From Stegostoma tigrinum (Eukaryota): a stretch of 64,000 bases of DNA. How positions within the stretch are numbered: position 1 is the stretch's first letter; each line of letters begins with the position of its first letter. The notes below the pieces were generated by a model. The model was not told the DNA's origin, did not search any database, and saw only the letters and a list, made by a program, of their open reading frames with translations. A program made the position numbers and the translations under genes. Shown here in pieces: positions 25,660 through 39,229 of the stretch. The stretch lies in contig NC_081397.1 of NCBI RefSeq assembly GCF_030684315.1, positions 11,308,421 to 11,372,420 on the forward strand, written 5' to 3'.

Positions 25660-27415
25660 GATAACACAGTGTCGAGCTGGATGACTACAGCAGGCAAAGC
25701 AGCATCTGAGGAGCACAAAAGCTGACGTTTCGGGCCTAGACCCTTCATTAGAAAAGGGGGATGGGCAGAGGATTCTGAAATAAATGGGGAGAGAGGGGAG
25801 GTGGACTGATGATGGATAGAGGAGAAGATAGGTGGAGAGGAAAGTATGGATGGGGAGTTAGGGAGGGGATCGGTCAGCCCGGAGGTCAAGGGGGCAAGAT
25901 GAGGTTAGCAGGGTGGAAATGGAGGTGCGGCTTGAGGTGGGAGGAGGGGAGAGGTGAGAGGAAGAACAGGTTAAGCAGGCTGGGACGAGCTGGGCTGGTT
26001 TTGGGACGCAGTGTGGGGAGGAGAGATTTTAAAGCTTGTGAAATCCACATTGATCCCATTGGGCTGCAGGGTTCCCCAGCGGAATACGAGTTGTTTTTCC
26101 TGCAAACTAAGGGTACTGCAGGACGCCCAGGGTGGACATGTCGTCTGAGGAATGGGCCCAAGCTACGCCTGTCTCTTTGTAGGTAATGTGGAACAGTCCC
26201 TCTTCCGCACCTACACTGGCCCCAAACCCCACCTCTTCCTCAGTTACATTGATGAATGTAATGGTGCTGCCTCATGCTCCCAAGAGGAGCTCGAACAGTT
26301 CATCCATTTCATCAAAACCTCCCACCCCAACCTCAAGTTCACCTGGACCATCTCTAACACATCCCTTACCTTCCTGGACCTTTCTGTCACGATCTCAGGC
26401 GACCACCTATAAACCAATACAACAAAATGTGAGGCTGGATGAACACAGCAGGCCAAGCAGCATCTCAGGAGCACAAAAGCTGATGTTTCGGGCCTAGACC
26501 CTTCATCAGAGAGCTCTCTGATGAAGGGTCTAGGCCCAAAACGTCAGCTTTTGTGCTCCTGAGATGCTGCTTGGCCTCCTGTGTTCATCCAGCCTCACAT
26601 TTTGTTGTCTTGGATTCTCCAGCATCTGCAGTTCCCATTATCTCTGACCTATAAACCAATGCCCATTTCAAGCCCACCGACTCCCACAGCTACCAGGAAT
26701 ACACCTCCTCCCAACCACCTTCCTGCAAAAATTCCATCCCCTATTCCCAATTCTGTCACCTCTGCCGCATCTGCTCCCAGGATGAGGCATTCCACTCCTG
26801 CACAACCCAGATGTCCTCGTTCTTCAAGGGCCGCAACATTCCACCCCCCCTCCCCCGACAGTGGTCAAGAACACCCTCGGCCATGTCTCCCGCATTTCCT
26901 GTACCTCATCCCTCACACCCCACCCTCTCAATAACTGCCCCAAGAGAATCCCCCTCGTTCTCACATACCACCCCACCAACCTCCAGAAACAACACATCAT
27001 CCTCCGACACTTCTGCCATCTACAATCCGACCCCACCACCAAAGATATTTTTCCATCCCCACCCTTGCCTGCCTTCCGGAGAGACCACTCTCTCCGCGAC
27101 TGCCTCATCCACTCAACACTCCCCTACAACCCCACCACACCCGGCACTTTCCCTTGCAACCACAGGAAGTGCTACACCTGCCCCCACACCACCTCCTTCA
27201 CCCCCATCCCAGGCCCCAAGATGACTTTCCATATCAAGCAGATAGTCACCTGCACATCTGCCAATGTGTTATACTGCATCCGCTGTACATGGTGTGGCTT
27301 TCTGTGCATTGGGGAAACCAAGTGGAGGCTTACAGACTGCTTTGCAGAACACCTACGCTCGCAGTAAATAACCGCACCTCCCAGTCGCAAACCAGTTCAA
27401 CTCCCCCTCCCATCA
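25660..27415. mobile_element. Penelope-like element with inverted 3' segment (25660-26150, -) joined to an RT/GIY-YIG segment (26150-27415, +)
   Basis: MGPSYACLFVG, FLSYIDE, HPNLKFT and FLDL RT motifs, then CYTCPH..CIGETK; partial inverted arrangement typical of PLEs. Confidence 0.85.
26419..26646. mobile_element. Penelope-derived fold-back mini-element with 14-bp TSD
   Basis: Inverted repeat centred on CATCAGAGAGCTCTCTGATG. ACCTATAAACCAAT is duplicated at 26405-26418 and 26647-26660. Confidence 0.85.
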
Positions 27416-27419
27416 ATGT

Positions 27420-29215
27420 GTCCTCAATTTGACCCAGGAATGCACTGTATAATATAAGGTTATACACGTTGGTAGCAAAATAAAAGGAAGGCACTTTATT
27501 TTCTGGACGTCGATAGTTGGACACAGTGGAATTTGCAATGAGATCTGGGTGTCCTCACAAACCAATCACTGAAATTAAGCATGTAGGTGTAGCAGACAGT
27601 GAGGAAGGTAACTGGTATGTTTTCCTTCATGGAGAGGTAATTAGAGTACAGGACAAAAGTAGAAATTGTGGCAATTTAACAGGGTATCTGTGAGACAACA
27701 TCTCGAATACTGACAGCAGGTGTGGCCTCCTTATCTGAGGAAGAATGGTGTTACTATAAAGGTAGTTTTAGTGGGCAGATTGCTGGGATGGAAGGAGAGA
27801 TTGAATTGTTTGTGAACTTCTGTGCTAAAGTTCAGAAAAATGAGGGATTTTCGTAAAAACCTGTAAGCCACTGGCAGACTTAAACAATATAAATGCTGGA
27901 AAAATATTCCTGATGGTAGGAATTACATGTTTCGGAAATAGGATAGGACATTTAGGGCTGAGAAAGTGAGAGCTTTCTTCATTCAGAGAACGGTATGCCT
28001 CTGGAATTCTCGACCGCAGAAATCAGCTCCATCCGACACACTATATGATTTCAAAATGTTATTGTGTGCAGCAATTGTGAAGAAATAGAATCAAGGTATA
28101 ATTGGCTTAATGGCAATAGAGAGAGAGTGAAAGTGGAGGGCTGTTTTGTTTTCAGTCTGGGGGCCTGTCACCAGTGGTTTCCACAGGGATTTGTACTGGC
28201 TCTGTTTTTGTTTGTCATTTATAAAAATGATGTGGATCAGAATATAGAAGGCATGGTAAGCATGTTTGTGAATGCTCGCAAAGTTATTATCAGAGTGAAT
28301 GGAGAAGGTTTTCTGAGATTACAAAGGGATCGTAACCCAATCGGTTGGGCTGCAAAATGGAGTTCAACTGGATAACTGTGAGGTGTTGCATTTTGGTGCA
28401 ACAATCAAGGGTAGGCCCTGTACAATTAATGGGTAGTGTTGTAGAAGAGAAGGACCTAGAATTCTTTTCAGTCTGCATCACACCTCAACAGGATGGTTAA
28501 GAAGGTGTTTGGCACGCTTTCCTTCGCTGCTCAGTCCTTTGTGTTTAGGAGGTGGCATTCACATTGACTTACACAGGGCATTGGGTGAGGCCACTTCTGA
28601 AATACTGCCAACAGTTCTGGTCGGCCAGTTCGAGGAAGGACAGGATTAAGGTGGAGACGGTTCAGATTAGGTTCACCAGTATTTCGAGTATGTAAGGTTC
28701 GAGTTATAAGGAAAGGATGGATAGGCTGGGAGTCTTTTTTTTCACTCGAGTGTGGCATGTTGAAAGTCAGCTTATAGAAGTTCATAAAATAATGAGAACT
28801 GCAGATGCTGGAGAATCCAAGAAAACAAAGTGTTGAGCTAAATGAACACAGCAGGCCAAGCAGCCTCTGAGGAGCACAAAAGCTGACATTTCGGGCCTAG
28901 ACCCAATGGTAGCTGTCCTTTGCCTGGGAAGGGGGGAATTGAAGAGCGGCATGAACATTTTTAAACTGACAGGAGAAAGATCAAAAAAAAAATACGCGAG
29001 GGTTTTATTATCACAGAGCCTGATGCAAGTCGAATGAACTTCCTGACGAAATGGTCGATGTGGCAACAATTACAACATTAAAACGGCATTTGGATTAGTA
29101 CGTGAACATAACAGGTTTGAAAGGAAACAGGCCAGGGTCAGGTGGGTGGAACTAGTTCAGTTCGGCATTAAATTCGGCATGTTATGGTTGGACTGAAGGA
29201 TATGCTGAATGATTC
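27420..29215 (+). mobile_element. old CR1 fragments with a small Penelope terminus (~28795-28905)
   Basis: PQGFVLALFLFVIY and CEVLHFG-like remnants plus CR1 3' tail sequence. Confidence 0.6.
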
Positions 29216-30000
29216 GATATGAGAGAGAAACGGACACAAGCTATTGAGTTGGATGACCTGCCATTTTCATGAGGAGTGGGAAGAGAGGTTTGAAGGGCTG
29301 ATTGGTTAGTTTCAGTTGCTATTATTTGTGTTTCTCTGCCTGTTTATTCCCAGAAAAATACTGACCTGGGCGATCAATGTAACTTCAAACCAGATGATTG
29401 GCTCTTGCAGCTGAATCAGGAGAAGAGCGAATCTCCGGCGCTCCGTCCTCAGAGAGTTTAACAGTGACTGAGGAGAGAGAAAAAAACTACAACGAACTCC
29501 CTGGGTATCGGAGCAAAGGCTGAAAGGAAAATAAATTATATCCGCCCACATTTATATTTCGCGATATTTCTGGCCTGCGACTGTATGGATGTGAATATTG
29601 TGCCAGAGAGACTGTAGGTAAAGGGCGGTCGGGAGAGTTTAACGTAACTGTGTTTGTGTGTCCGCTCATATCATGAGATTTCCCAGTCTGTCTTGAGCAA
29701 ATTAAAAAGATTTTCGATTCAACTTATCCCCCTGCTCCCTCACTAAATCCCAAAGCTAGAATTCAAGGCAACGTGTTTGTTGCTTTCTAGATTTCAGCCC
29801 AAAAGTGATGATAATGCCAGCGCTCAGCTCAGAGAGAGCGATCAGTGCAGCAGCAAAATGCGTTTCACTCGACAACGGAGCCGTCAATTCGAGTGAAAAC
29901 GCTTCGGCCGCAAACCTTCCCGTGTCAGGGTCAGGAACGATCGAGCCTGGCTCTCTGGAGATGCGGAATTGCAGAGGAATTGGAGAGTTTCTGCCGAGAG

Positions 30001-30075
30001 AGAAACACAGACAGGCAGCAGGAGCAGGGAGCTGAGGGCAGGTTGTCTCCGCGCCGTCCGCTCGCTGCCTTTAAG
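30001..30075 (+). promoter_or_regulatory. histone H1 promoter (H1/AC box, GTCCG element, weak TATA)
   Basis: AAACACA at 30003-30009, GGTTGTCTCCGCGCCGTCCG at 30041-30060, TTTAAG at 30070-30075; the same motifs occur at the second H1 gene. Confidence 0.6.
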
Positions 30076-30155
30076 TTGCTCAGTGCCGCCACCAGCAGCT
30101 TCATTGCTGACCCAGTTCAGTCTGACAGAGAGAGATTCAGCGCAGAGTTGCCGAC

Positions 30156-30779
30156 ATGAGCGACAGTGCAGCCGCCGAAACGGCTCCTCCAGCCTCCGCC
30201 AGCACCAAACCCAAGGCTCCCAAGAAGAAGAAGGCGGCGGCTCCCAGGAAGAAACCAGCCGGTCCCGGGTTGGGCGAGCGGATTGTGAAGATTGTCGGGG
30301 AGAACAGCGATCGGAAGGGAACGTCTCTGGTCGCTATAAAGAAGGCGCTGCAGAGAAGCGGGGTCAATGTGGAGAAGCAAAATGCACAGATCAGGATGGC
30401 TACCAAGAGGTGCCTGGCGAAAGGCTCCCTGGTTCTGGTGAAGGGCCAGGGCGTCTCCGGCTCCTTCAAACTCGCAAAGAATCCAGTCACGGCAAAAGTG
30501 GGAAAGAAGGCGAGACCAGCAGCAGCCGTGAAGAAAACAACGGCCAAGAAGGTGGCAGCGAAGAAATCCCCAGCCAAGAAAGCAACAGGCAAGAAAGCGG
30601 GCGGCAAGAAGGCAGCAACGCCAAAGAAAGCGGCGAAGAAAGCAGCGCCGAAGAAAAAGACTCCCGTGAAGAAGGTGATAAAGACCAAGAGCCCCAAGGC
30701 TGCAAAGCCGGCCCCGAAATCGAGGAAACCGAAGGCCAAGCCCAAAGCGAAAGTGACCAAGAAAGCAGCAAAGAAATGA
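30156..30779 (+). CDS. H1: histone H1 (207 aa), replication-dependent
   Basis: AETAPP N-terminus, globular domain ending KGQGVSGSFKL, Lys/Ala/Pro-rich tail with S/TPKK motifs; intronless with a 3' stem-loop. Confidence 0.95.
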   Translation: MSDSAAAETAPPASASTKPKAPKKKKAAAPRKKPAGPGLGERIVKIVGENSDRKGTSLVAIKKALQRSGVNVEKQNAQIRMATKRCLAKGSLVLVKGQGVSGSFKLAKNPVTAKVGKKARPAAAVKKTTAKKVAAKKSPAKKATGKKAGGKKAATPKKAAKKAAPKKKTPVKKVIKTKSPKAAKPAPKSRKPKAKPKAKVTKKAAKK

Positions 30780-30815
30780 AGCAGTCCATGCAACGTGGAA
30801 CGACCTGAACCCAAA

Positions 30816-30857
30816 GGCTCTTCTCAGAGCCACCACATCTTTCAGGAGAGAGCTGAG
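30816..30857 (+). terminator. histone 3' stem-loop and HDE
   Basis: GGCTCTTCTCAGAGCC at 30816-30831, followed by ACCAC and GAGAGAGCTG. Confidence 0.93.
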
Positions 30858-31847
30858 CCCGGATCAAATGATCCCTGTCCTAGCTCCGAGTGCAGGAATA
30901 AATTAGACACTAATTTATGTAATAACCGTTCCGTATTTACCTACCGGATTTACACTCAGCCCCTCTTCCATACTCGACAATAAGTGAGTGTGAGGTCCTG
31001 CTCACATCGACCATCGGCTCTCGTGCTTTGTCAGATCATGTCAGTCTGCTTTTCACACATGCAGGGAAAGAGTCAAACACAGGCTCTGAAACCCCTCTTC
31101 ACACAATCCTCAAGAAATGATTTTGTCTCATTCAGCTGGGGGAATAGAAACTGACGTAGAAATGGAACAAACCGTGTTGTCTTGTTCAGAAAGGCCGGAT
31201 CATGGGCGTTTAATTGTATCACAACTGCTTTGAAAAAAAGTCCCTGTTTTTATCTGCTTCGAACATGAAGCTCAAGACCGCAGTTCTTTTGCCGAAAATT
31301 GTGTTCACTGCATTGTGGAGAATAGTTTTATTTACAGATCCAGTTGGGGGCTGGAGTTAGCATTTCTTGCTATATTGTTATTTCATTAACCGTTACAGGA
31401 ATGATATTTCGTTCAGTTTTGATTCTGGGACAACTGTGAAAGTTTTAATTTACTTTCCATCTGCCTGTTGCAGGAAGCAATGCCAAATTATCTTGGGACT
31501 AATTATAACCTCGGTGAAAGATAGAAATGCCGCTAAATTGAGTTTGTGTAACTTTATACGTTACACTGTATTACACCATATTAGCTTTTAAAATGCTTTA
31601 TTCGGCGGTGTTTAGATGCATTAACGGTAGTTACAAGTTCGGTTCATTAGTTTGCCCGACTGTATTACACGCCCTCCCCCTTTCTTCACGCCTGTTACAG
31701 ACAGATGAGGCAATCCTGTCGTCCTGTCTCCGCTGATGTAGAGTTTATTCAAAAAACTTAGTTTGCAAAGTACACGATTTGATCGGAGGCGGACTTAATT
31801 ATCCTTTTAAATATTTACTTTAAACTCAGGATCGCGAGGATAAAATC

Positions 31848-32490
<643 letters not shown>

Positions 32491-32534
32491 ACGGAGCGTG
32501 CCCGGCCCTGCACATTCACCCCGAGAAACACAAC

Positions 32535-32573
32535 GGCTCTTTTCAGAGCCACTAAACTGTCCCGAGAGAGCAG
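32535..32573 (+). terminator. histone 3' stem-loop and HDE
   Basis: GGCTCTTTTCAGAGCC at 32535-32550, then GAGAGAGCAG. Confidence 0.93.
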
Positions 32574-32994
32574 CAATCGAATGACAATGTTGGTTACTTT
32601 ATTATGCGCCCAGTTTTTTTTTTCTGCTGTTGTATTGTATCGTTTCGTCTGTTATTAAACAATTTCAATCTGGCCGAGAAGTGGATTTGTCACGTTAATT
32701 AGAAGACAAAACGGACATTGCTGTGGGGAAGTTATAAATTGATGGCAGTACATAATTGAAGCCTCCCAGTGTGCTGGAGATTTGAGTGACAGGAAAGCAC
32801 CTCCCTGCCTATGCTTCCCTTGGTGTTACCCCACTCTAACTGAACACGGCTGGGAAGGTGGGCGGGAGAAATAATTGGCGCCAAATCATCAACCGCTTTT
32901 ATTTCAAATCTGAAACGCCCGCCAATATGTAGGAGGTTCAGACCAGACATCACACTTTCCCTCAGGCCCCAGCCTGTTTCGGTTGATGCTTGTC

Positions 32995-33230
32995 GCAGCA
33001 AAACCAGAAGTTGCTGAAACAGCTCAGCAGGTCTGGCAACATCTCTGAAGAAGAAAAAAAATCAGAGCTAAGTTTTCGGGTCCCGTGAGCTTTCCTCAGA
33101 ACTGCAAGGGTGGCCGGAGCTGAAACGTCAACTCTGGATTTTATTTTCTTCACGACTGCCAGACCTGTTGAGCTTTTTCAGCTACTTCTGGTCTTGTTCC
33201 TGATTTATAGCATCAGCTGTTCTTTCCATG
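32995..33230. mobile_element. fold-back terminus of a second Penelope family
   Basis: CAGCTCAGCAGGTCTGGCA... and ...TGCCAGACCTGTTGAGCT inverted arms; related copies at 6540-6640, 40526-40712 and 55965-56170. Confidence 0.6.
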
Positions 33231-33269
33231 TTCTTCGGAGGATCGATCAGGCTCGAAAGGCCATTTCCT

Positions 33270-34400
33270 GCTGTGTCGAGATTCCACGAAAGTTCATCCC
33301 TGTCAATGTATCAATGGGGCACCAATGGAGAATGAGTTGCTGTTCCTGAAACCTATGGGTGACATCACCATGGCATTGCAGGAGGCCCAGGTTTGTCATG
33401 TCGTCTGAGGAATGGGAGTGGGAGTTAAAATAGTTCATGAGTGGGAGGTGAACTCTGACACTTCCACCATCTACAATCCGACCCCACCACAAGACATTTT
33501 TTTCCATCCCCACTCTGATCTACCTTTCGGAGAGACCACTCTGTCTGCGACTCCCTTGTCCACTCCACACTCCCCTCCACCCCCACCACACCTGGCACTT
33601 TCACCTGCCACTGCAGGAAGTGCTCCACTTGCCCCCCACCCCACCTCCCTCAACTACATCCCAGGCCCCAAGATGATCCACATCTAGCAGATGTTCACCT
33701 GCACATCTGCCAATGTGTTATTCTGTATCCACCGTACCCGTTGTGGCTCCCTCTACATTGGGGAAACCAAGTGGAGGCTTAGGGACAACTTTGCAGAACA
33801 CCTACACTCGGTTTGCTATAAACAACTGCACCTCCCAGTCGTGAACCATTTTAACTCACCCTCCCACTTCTTAGGCAAATGTCCCTCCTGGGCCTCCTGC
33901 AGTGCAATAATGATGCCACTCGAAGGTTGCAGGAACAGCAACTCATGTTCCACTTGGGAACCCTGCAGCCTAGTGCTATCGATTTCACCAGCTTCAAAAT
34001 CTCCCCTCTCCCCACTGCATCCCAAAACCAGCCCAGCTCGCCCCCACCCTGTCTCGCTAACCCTTTCTTCCTCTCACCTATCCCCTCCTCCCACCTCAAA
34101 CCACATCTCCATTTCTTACCTACTGACCTTATCTCCCCCCCTTGACCTGTCCCCTCCCTAACTCCTCACCTATACTCGCTACTCCACCTATCTTCTCCTT
34201 CATCCATCTTCAGTCTGCCTCCCACTCCCTCCCTATTTATTTCAGAATTGCCTCCCCAGCCCCCATTTTCTGATGAAGGGGCTAGGCCCAAAACATCAGC
34301 TTTTGTGCTCCTAAGATGCTGCTTGGCCTGCTGTGTTCATCCAGCCCCACACTTTGTTATCTCAGATTCTCCAGCATCTGCAGTTCCCATTTTCTCTGAC
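33270..34400 (+). mobile_element. Penelope-like element 3' part with a short inverted segment at its 5' side
   Basis: TRCGSLYIGETK and RRLQEQQL; terminus CTGATGAAGGGGCTAGGCCCAAAACATC near 34270. Confidence 0.85.
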
Positions 34401-35379
34401 TTAAATAGATGGTAATTGCTTTGTTTGCCAGGGGTGAAGCACATGGTCCATACCCCACTAAGGCTTGTCACCCTGGAAATGGAGTCAAAAAAAGCAACTT
34501 GAGCAAATGGAAGTGGCTGAACAATGAGTGACTGGAGTTTATTATGTTCTCTCTCCCTTTTAGGTGTGACTCCACACTCCCATCACTGATATTGACTTAT
34601 ATATAATGGCTCTATGGCAATTACAGGTGGTTTAGCCGAGCCAGTGATGCTAATAATCTGATGAACAAATTCAAACCGCTTTAACCTCTGTATTTATAAT
34701 AAATGTAACATGCATGCAGGCTTCAGGGCTTTGATGATTAGGGTTGAATATGTTTCTAGTGCTGACACCTGCTCACAAGCTACTGGAGGCATGAGGGGTT
34801 GACAGTAAATATGCCAGTTTCCCACATTTTGAACAAGTGGGTGAAGGTAAATTCAGCAATGTGTCTTGTTTTTAAGGACGTGCTCTTTTCATATAATTGA
34901 GGCAGAGACAGATGTTCAACGTGAAATGATTGCCTTTTAAAACTGCTTGGAAAGAATGTGTGAATTGACAATATCTTGGCCACACACCTTCTCTTCACAA
35001 AAAGAAAAATCAGTTGTGAAACTGGAACCTGATCAGAAGTTGCCGTTTTTGTTTTTGTTTCATGATATTTGAACACATACAATTTAGCTGCATTAACCAC
35101 CACTGAACTGAAACCTCCAACTGGCCCATTATCACATTATCACATCTTGTACAAAACTTCTTTCAGGGGGCACTGGGGTGGCTTTTTCAGCCTTTTGAAA
35201 ATAAGGTTGTATCTTGTTTAACTTCTGTTTCAACATTTGTTGCTGATGGTATCCTTCGGAAAATTTGGCCAGTATATTGAGAACAGTAGTTGGGAGGACA
35301 AGTTGCAGCTTTACAGGACATGGATTAGAACACTTGGAATAATGCATTCAATTCTGGTCTCTCTGCTACAGGAATTTAG

Positions 35380-37175
35380 TTAGATTTATTGTGACATGTT
35401 CCTAAATAGTGAATGGTTTTGTTGGCGAGCAGTATAGCCAGATCATAATCAGTAAGCACATACAGGTCATAATGTGAAAAATGGAAATGATAAGGCATAC
35501 ACGTTACACTCCACAGGATGTATGCAGGCAAGATCAACACTTTTGAAATTTAAGATTCCATTCGTCAGTCTAACAATGACAGGGAAGAATCTGTTCTTGA
35601 ACCTGCTGGTGTGGGTGTTCGAGCTTCTGTATCTTCTGCCTGATGCAAGAGGTTGTAGGAGGCCACCACTGGGGTTGGATGGATTTTGATGTCTCAGGCT
35701 TTGCACAGCAACGAGAGCCCATGGTTGGGAAGTTGGGTGCCGTGATGGTGTGGGGTGTGAACACAACCTTCCATAGTTGCTCGTGGAACAGGACAGAGCA
35801 GGTTCCATATCAGGCCTTGATGAACCCAGACAGTATGCTTTCTATGGTGCATGAGTAACATGCCAAATACATGAGCAGCCTCAGGAAGACGAGGCCTTTT
35901 TGTGCCTTCATTACCATTGCATCTATGTGGGAAGTCCCATGAAGGTTGTTGGTTATTGTAACTCTCGGGAAATTGACACTCTCAGCACCCTGCTCTGTTG
36001 ATGGACCTGAGGGTGTGTTCTGCTCTTTTCCTTCTGAAGCCAATTATAAGTTCTTTTGTTTTGTGAACATTTCAGTTTTCTTTTTATCATTGCACCACGT
36101 CACCAAACCCTCCATCTCCTTCCTGTCATCTGAATAATCATTATTTATTATCCATCCCATCATCGTGTTGTCAACAGCAAACTTATAGGTGGCATTCATT
36201 CAGAATTTGACAACAATAGTGAGTATACAAGGAGTACAGTAGGGAACTGAGAATGCATTCTTGAGGGTTGCAGTGTTTGAATGTCCTTGCAGAGGAGATT
36301 CAGTTGCCGATCTTCTCGATTTGTGGTCTGTGTTTCAGGAAGCTGAGGAGTCAGTTGCACAGGGTGGAGCCAAGCCTGAGGTGTGAGTTTTGAGATCCGT
36401 CTTGCAGGGATAATGGTGTTGAAGACTGAGCTGTAGTTGATGAGCAGAAGCCTGATTGTAGGTGGCCTTGTTGCCCAGATGTTCCAGGGATGATTGCAGG
36501 GCTGGGAAAAGGGCATCTTGCTGTGGGCCTGTTGCATTAGTGGGAAAATTGCAAGGGATTGAGGCAGGCTGAAAGTCGAGAGTTCAAGTGGGCCATGACC
36601 AGCATCTCTAAGCACTTCATGATTTTGGATGCCAGAGCCACTGGGCAGTACAGATGAAGTCATACTGCATGTGGTTTTTCGGACTGGGATAATGGTCGTC
36701 TTCTCAAGCAGGTGCAGAGTACAGCTTGTCAGAGGGAGACATCAAAGATGTCAGAGTACCTCCCCACAGTAATTACATGCACAGTTGGTGCTTCAGTCCA
36801 GGTCTGTTACTTTCCTTGGGTGTTCTCACCAGGAAGACGGATCTGACAACTGCAGTGACCGATAGAACAGGTGCATTGAGGCCTGGCGGGGCAGTGGACA
36901 CCACGCTGCTGGCATTCTGTGTAAACCAAGCATAGACAGCGTCAGGGTGGGAACTGTCTTTGTCCACTATCTTGCTTTGCTCAGTTTGGTTGGTTGGAGC
37001 CACTAAACTGTTCCAGTCCTGCCTCTTGGTATCTTTGATGGATTTGCTGAAGCCTTCTCCGCTGAATTTTCTGAAACAGCCCTGGTCGTCCACTTTTGAT
37101 GCTGCACTCCTGGTCTGCTGTAGGGAATGGATTAGACAGTTCATCCAAGGTTTCAAGATGATGAACAGCCAGATT
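35380..37175 (-). mobile_element. Rex1/Babar-type LINE, decayed
   Basis: KPWMN..IHSL, RLLLINYSSVFNTIIP, CTIESILSG and SGRRYRS..TSRFKNRFFP motifs. Confidence 0.7.
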
Positions 37176-37299
37176 GACTAGAAGCTTTTTTTTTTACTTT
37201 AAGCTTAAACATTCATAAAAGATTTGTAAGGGGCTCAGCTTCAGGGAGAAGCTGTACAGGCCAGGGCTACTTCTCCCAGGATAAAAGATAGGCTGGTGG

Positions 37300-37520
37300 G
37301 TGGCCTTAGTGTCTTTGAGAATTTCCTCTAGGTGCTGAGGTTTCCTCCATAGTCCAAAGATGTGCACTTTATGTGGCATGGCTATGCTATGGGCCCAGTG
37401 TGTCCAGAGAAAGACAGAGTGACAGGGATATGGAAGGGCACTTTGGGAGAGATGCTCTTCAGAGGGTCAGTCGGGACTCAATGGGCCGAATGGCCTGCTT
37501 CCATACTGTGAGGACTCGAT
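37300..37520 (+). mobile_element. HE1-like SINE 3' part
   Basis: GGTTTCCTCC..AGTCCAAAGATGTGCA core and a CR1-like tail ATGGGCCGAATGGCCTGCTTCC. Confidence 0.55.
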
Positions 37521-37960
37521 AATACCAAAGGCAGGAAAATGAGCTGCACCCGAGATTAATGCGCAGAGGGTCAGTGGCCGTTCATTATCAAAAGCAAATG
37601 ACCCTGCAACGTGCTGCCCCGGGTCACTTTCGCTTTCTCGAATGCGATTAAGGGAGATGTGAAATTGGCAGTGAACAACAAGCAGTGGGACTGGAAAACG
37701 TATTTGCAAAACGATTATTCTGTTTTCCAATTATGTTATACATTGTAATTTTATAATAAGCTCATCATAACTTCTTCCTGCTCATCGGCTGCCAGCTCTG
37801 AATGGAAATATTACCGAAATCAGGAGGAGCAGGATGGATTTCATTTTCTATCGAACCGTGACAACTACAGGATCAATGAATGATGTGACTGAAATTTGAC
37901 GTTGCGAAGTCCCAGGCTCTGTATATTTAAAATTAAATCAATCGAACAGAAACGAGGTCT

Positions 37961-38002
37961 GAGACTCTTTCACTGATGTTGTGGGTGGCTCTGAAAAGAG
38001 CC
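37961..38002 (-). terminator. histone 3' stem-loop and HDE
   Basis: Minus strand GGCTCTTTTCAGAGCC (37987-38002), ACCCA, then AAAGAG (37965-37970). Confidence 0.93.
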
Positions 38003-38032
38003 TTTGGATTATCAGGTTACAAAACGGTCTCT

Positions 38033-38680
<648 letters not shown>

Positions 38681-39229
38681 TAACGAAAACTCGGACGTTT
38701 AACAGAATAGAATGCGTGATGAAATTTACTTCAAGATTATGAATGTATATTTGACTTCATCCCACTTTCCCGCATTCCCGAACCGTGTGGAATGTCCATT
38801 TCTGACCTTGAATCGGATTTTCAAAACCTTAAATGCAAGCGGCAAAAAGGGGCCGAAATCTGCACCTGCATATTCATTTCACATTTCAAAAACACCTCGA
38901 TATGTTAGTAAACCAATCGATAACTGTTTTTTTCCTGAAAGAGAGCATTAATCGTGCGCACCATCTTTAGACACTATTTTAAATTGCCTGTTCCGTCAAG
39001 ACCCTTACTTTTTGTTTCCTCGAAAGGTTTGACGTCCTTCTTCAAATCTCCAACGGGTCTCGGCCCAAACTATTCATACATTCCTCAGACACCTGCCAGC
39101 GTGTCTCGGTATCAGTTTTACTCGGATTACCTCGGTCACAGACGAGCACTGATGTACTGTGACCAGTGCTTTTTGCTTTCTATTGATTTGACAATTTTAC
39201 TCTCTCTCCCCCACTTAGGCTCTTCAATC

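Noticed and set aside
29969-30867. Long alternative-frame and antisense ORFs over H1 (also 50907-52191)
   Set aside because: Shadow ORFs from the stop-poor Lys/Ala codon composition of H1.
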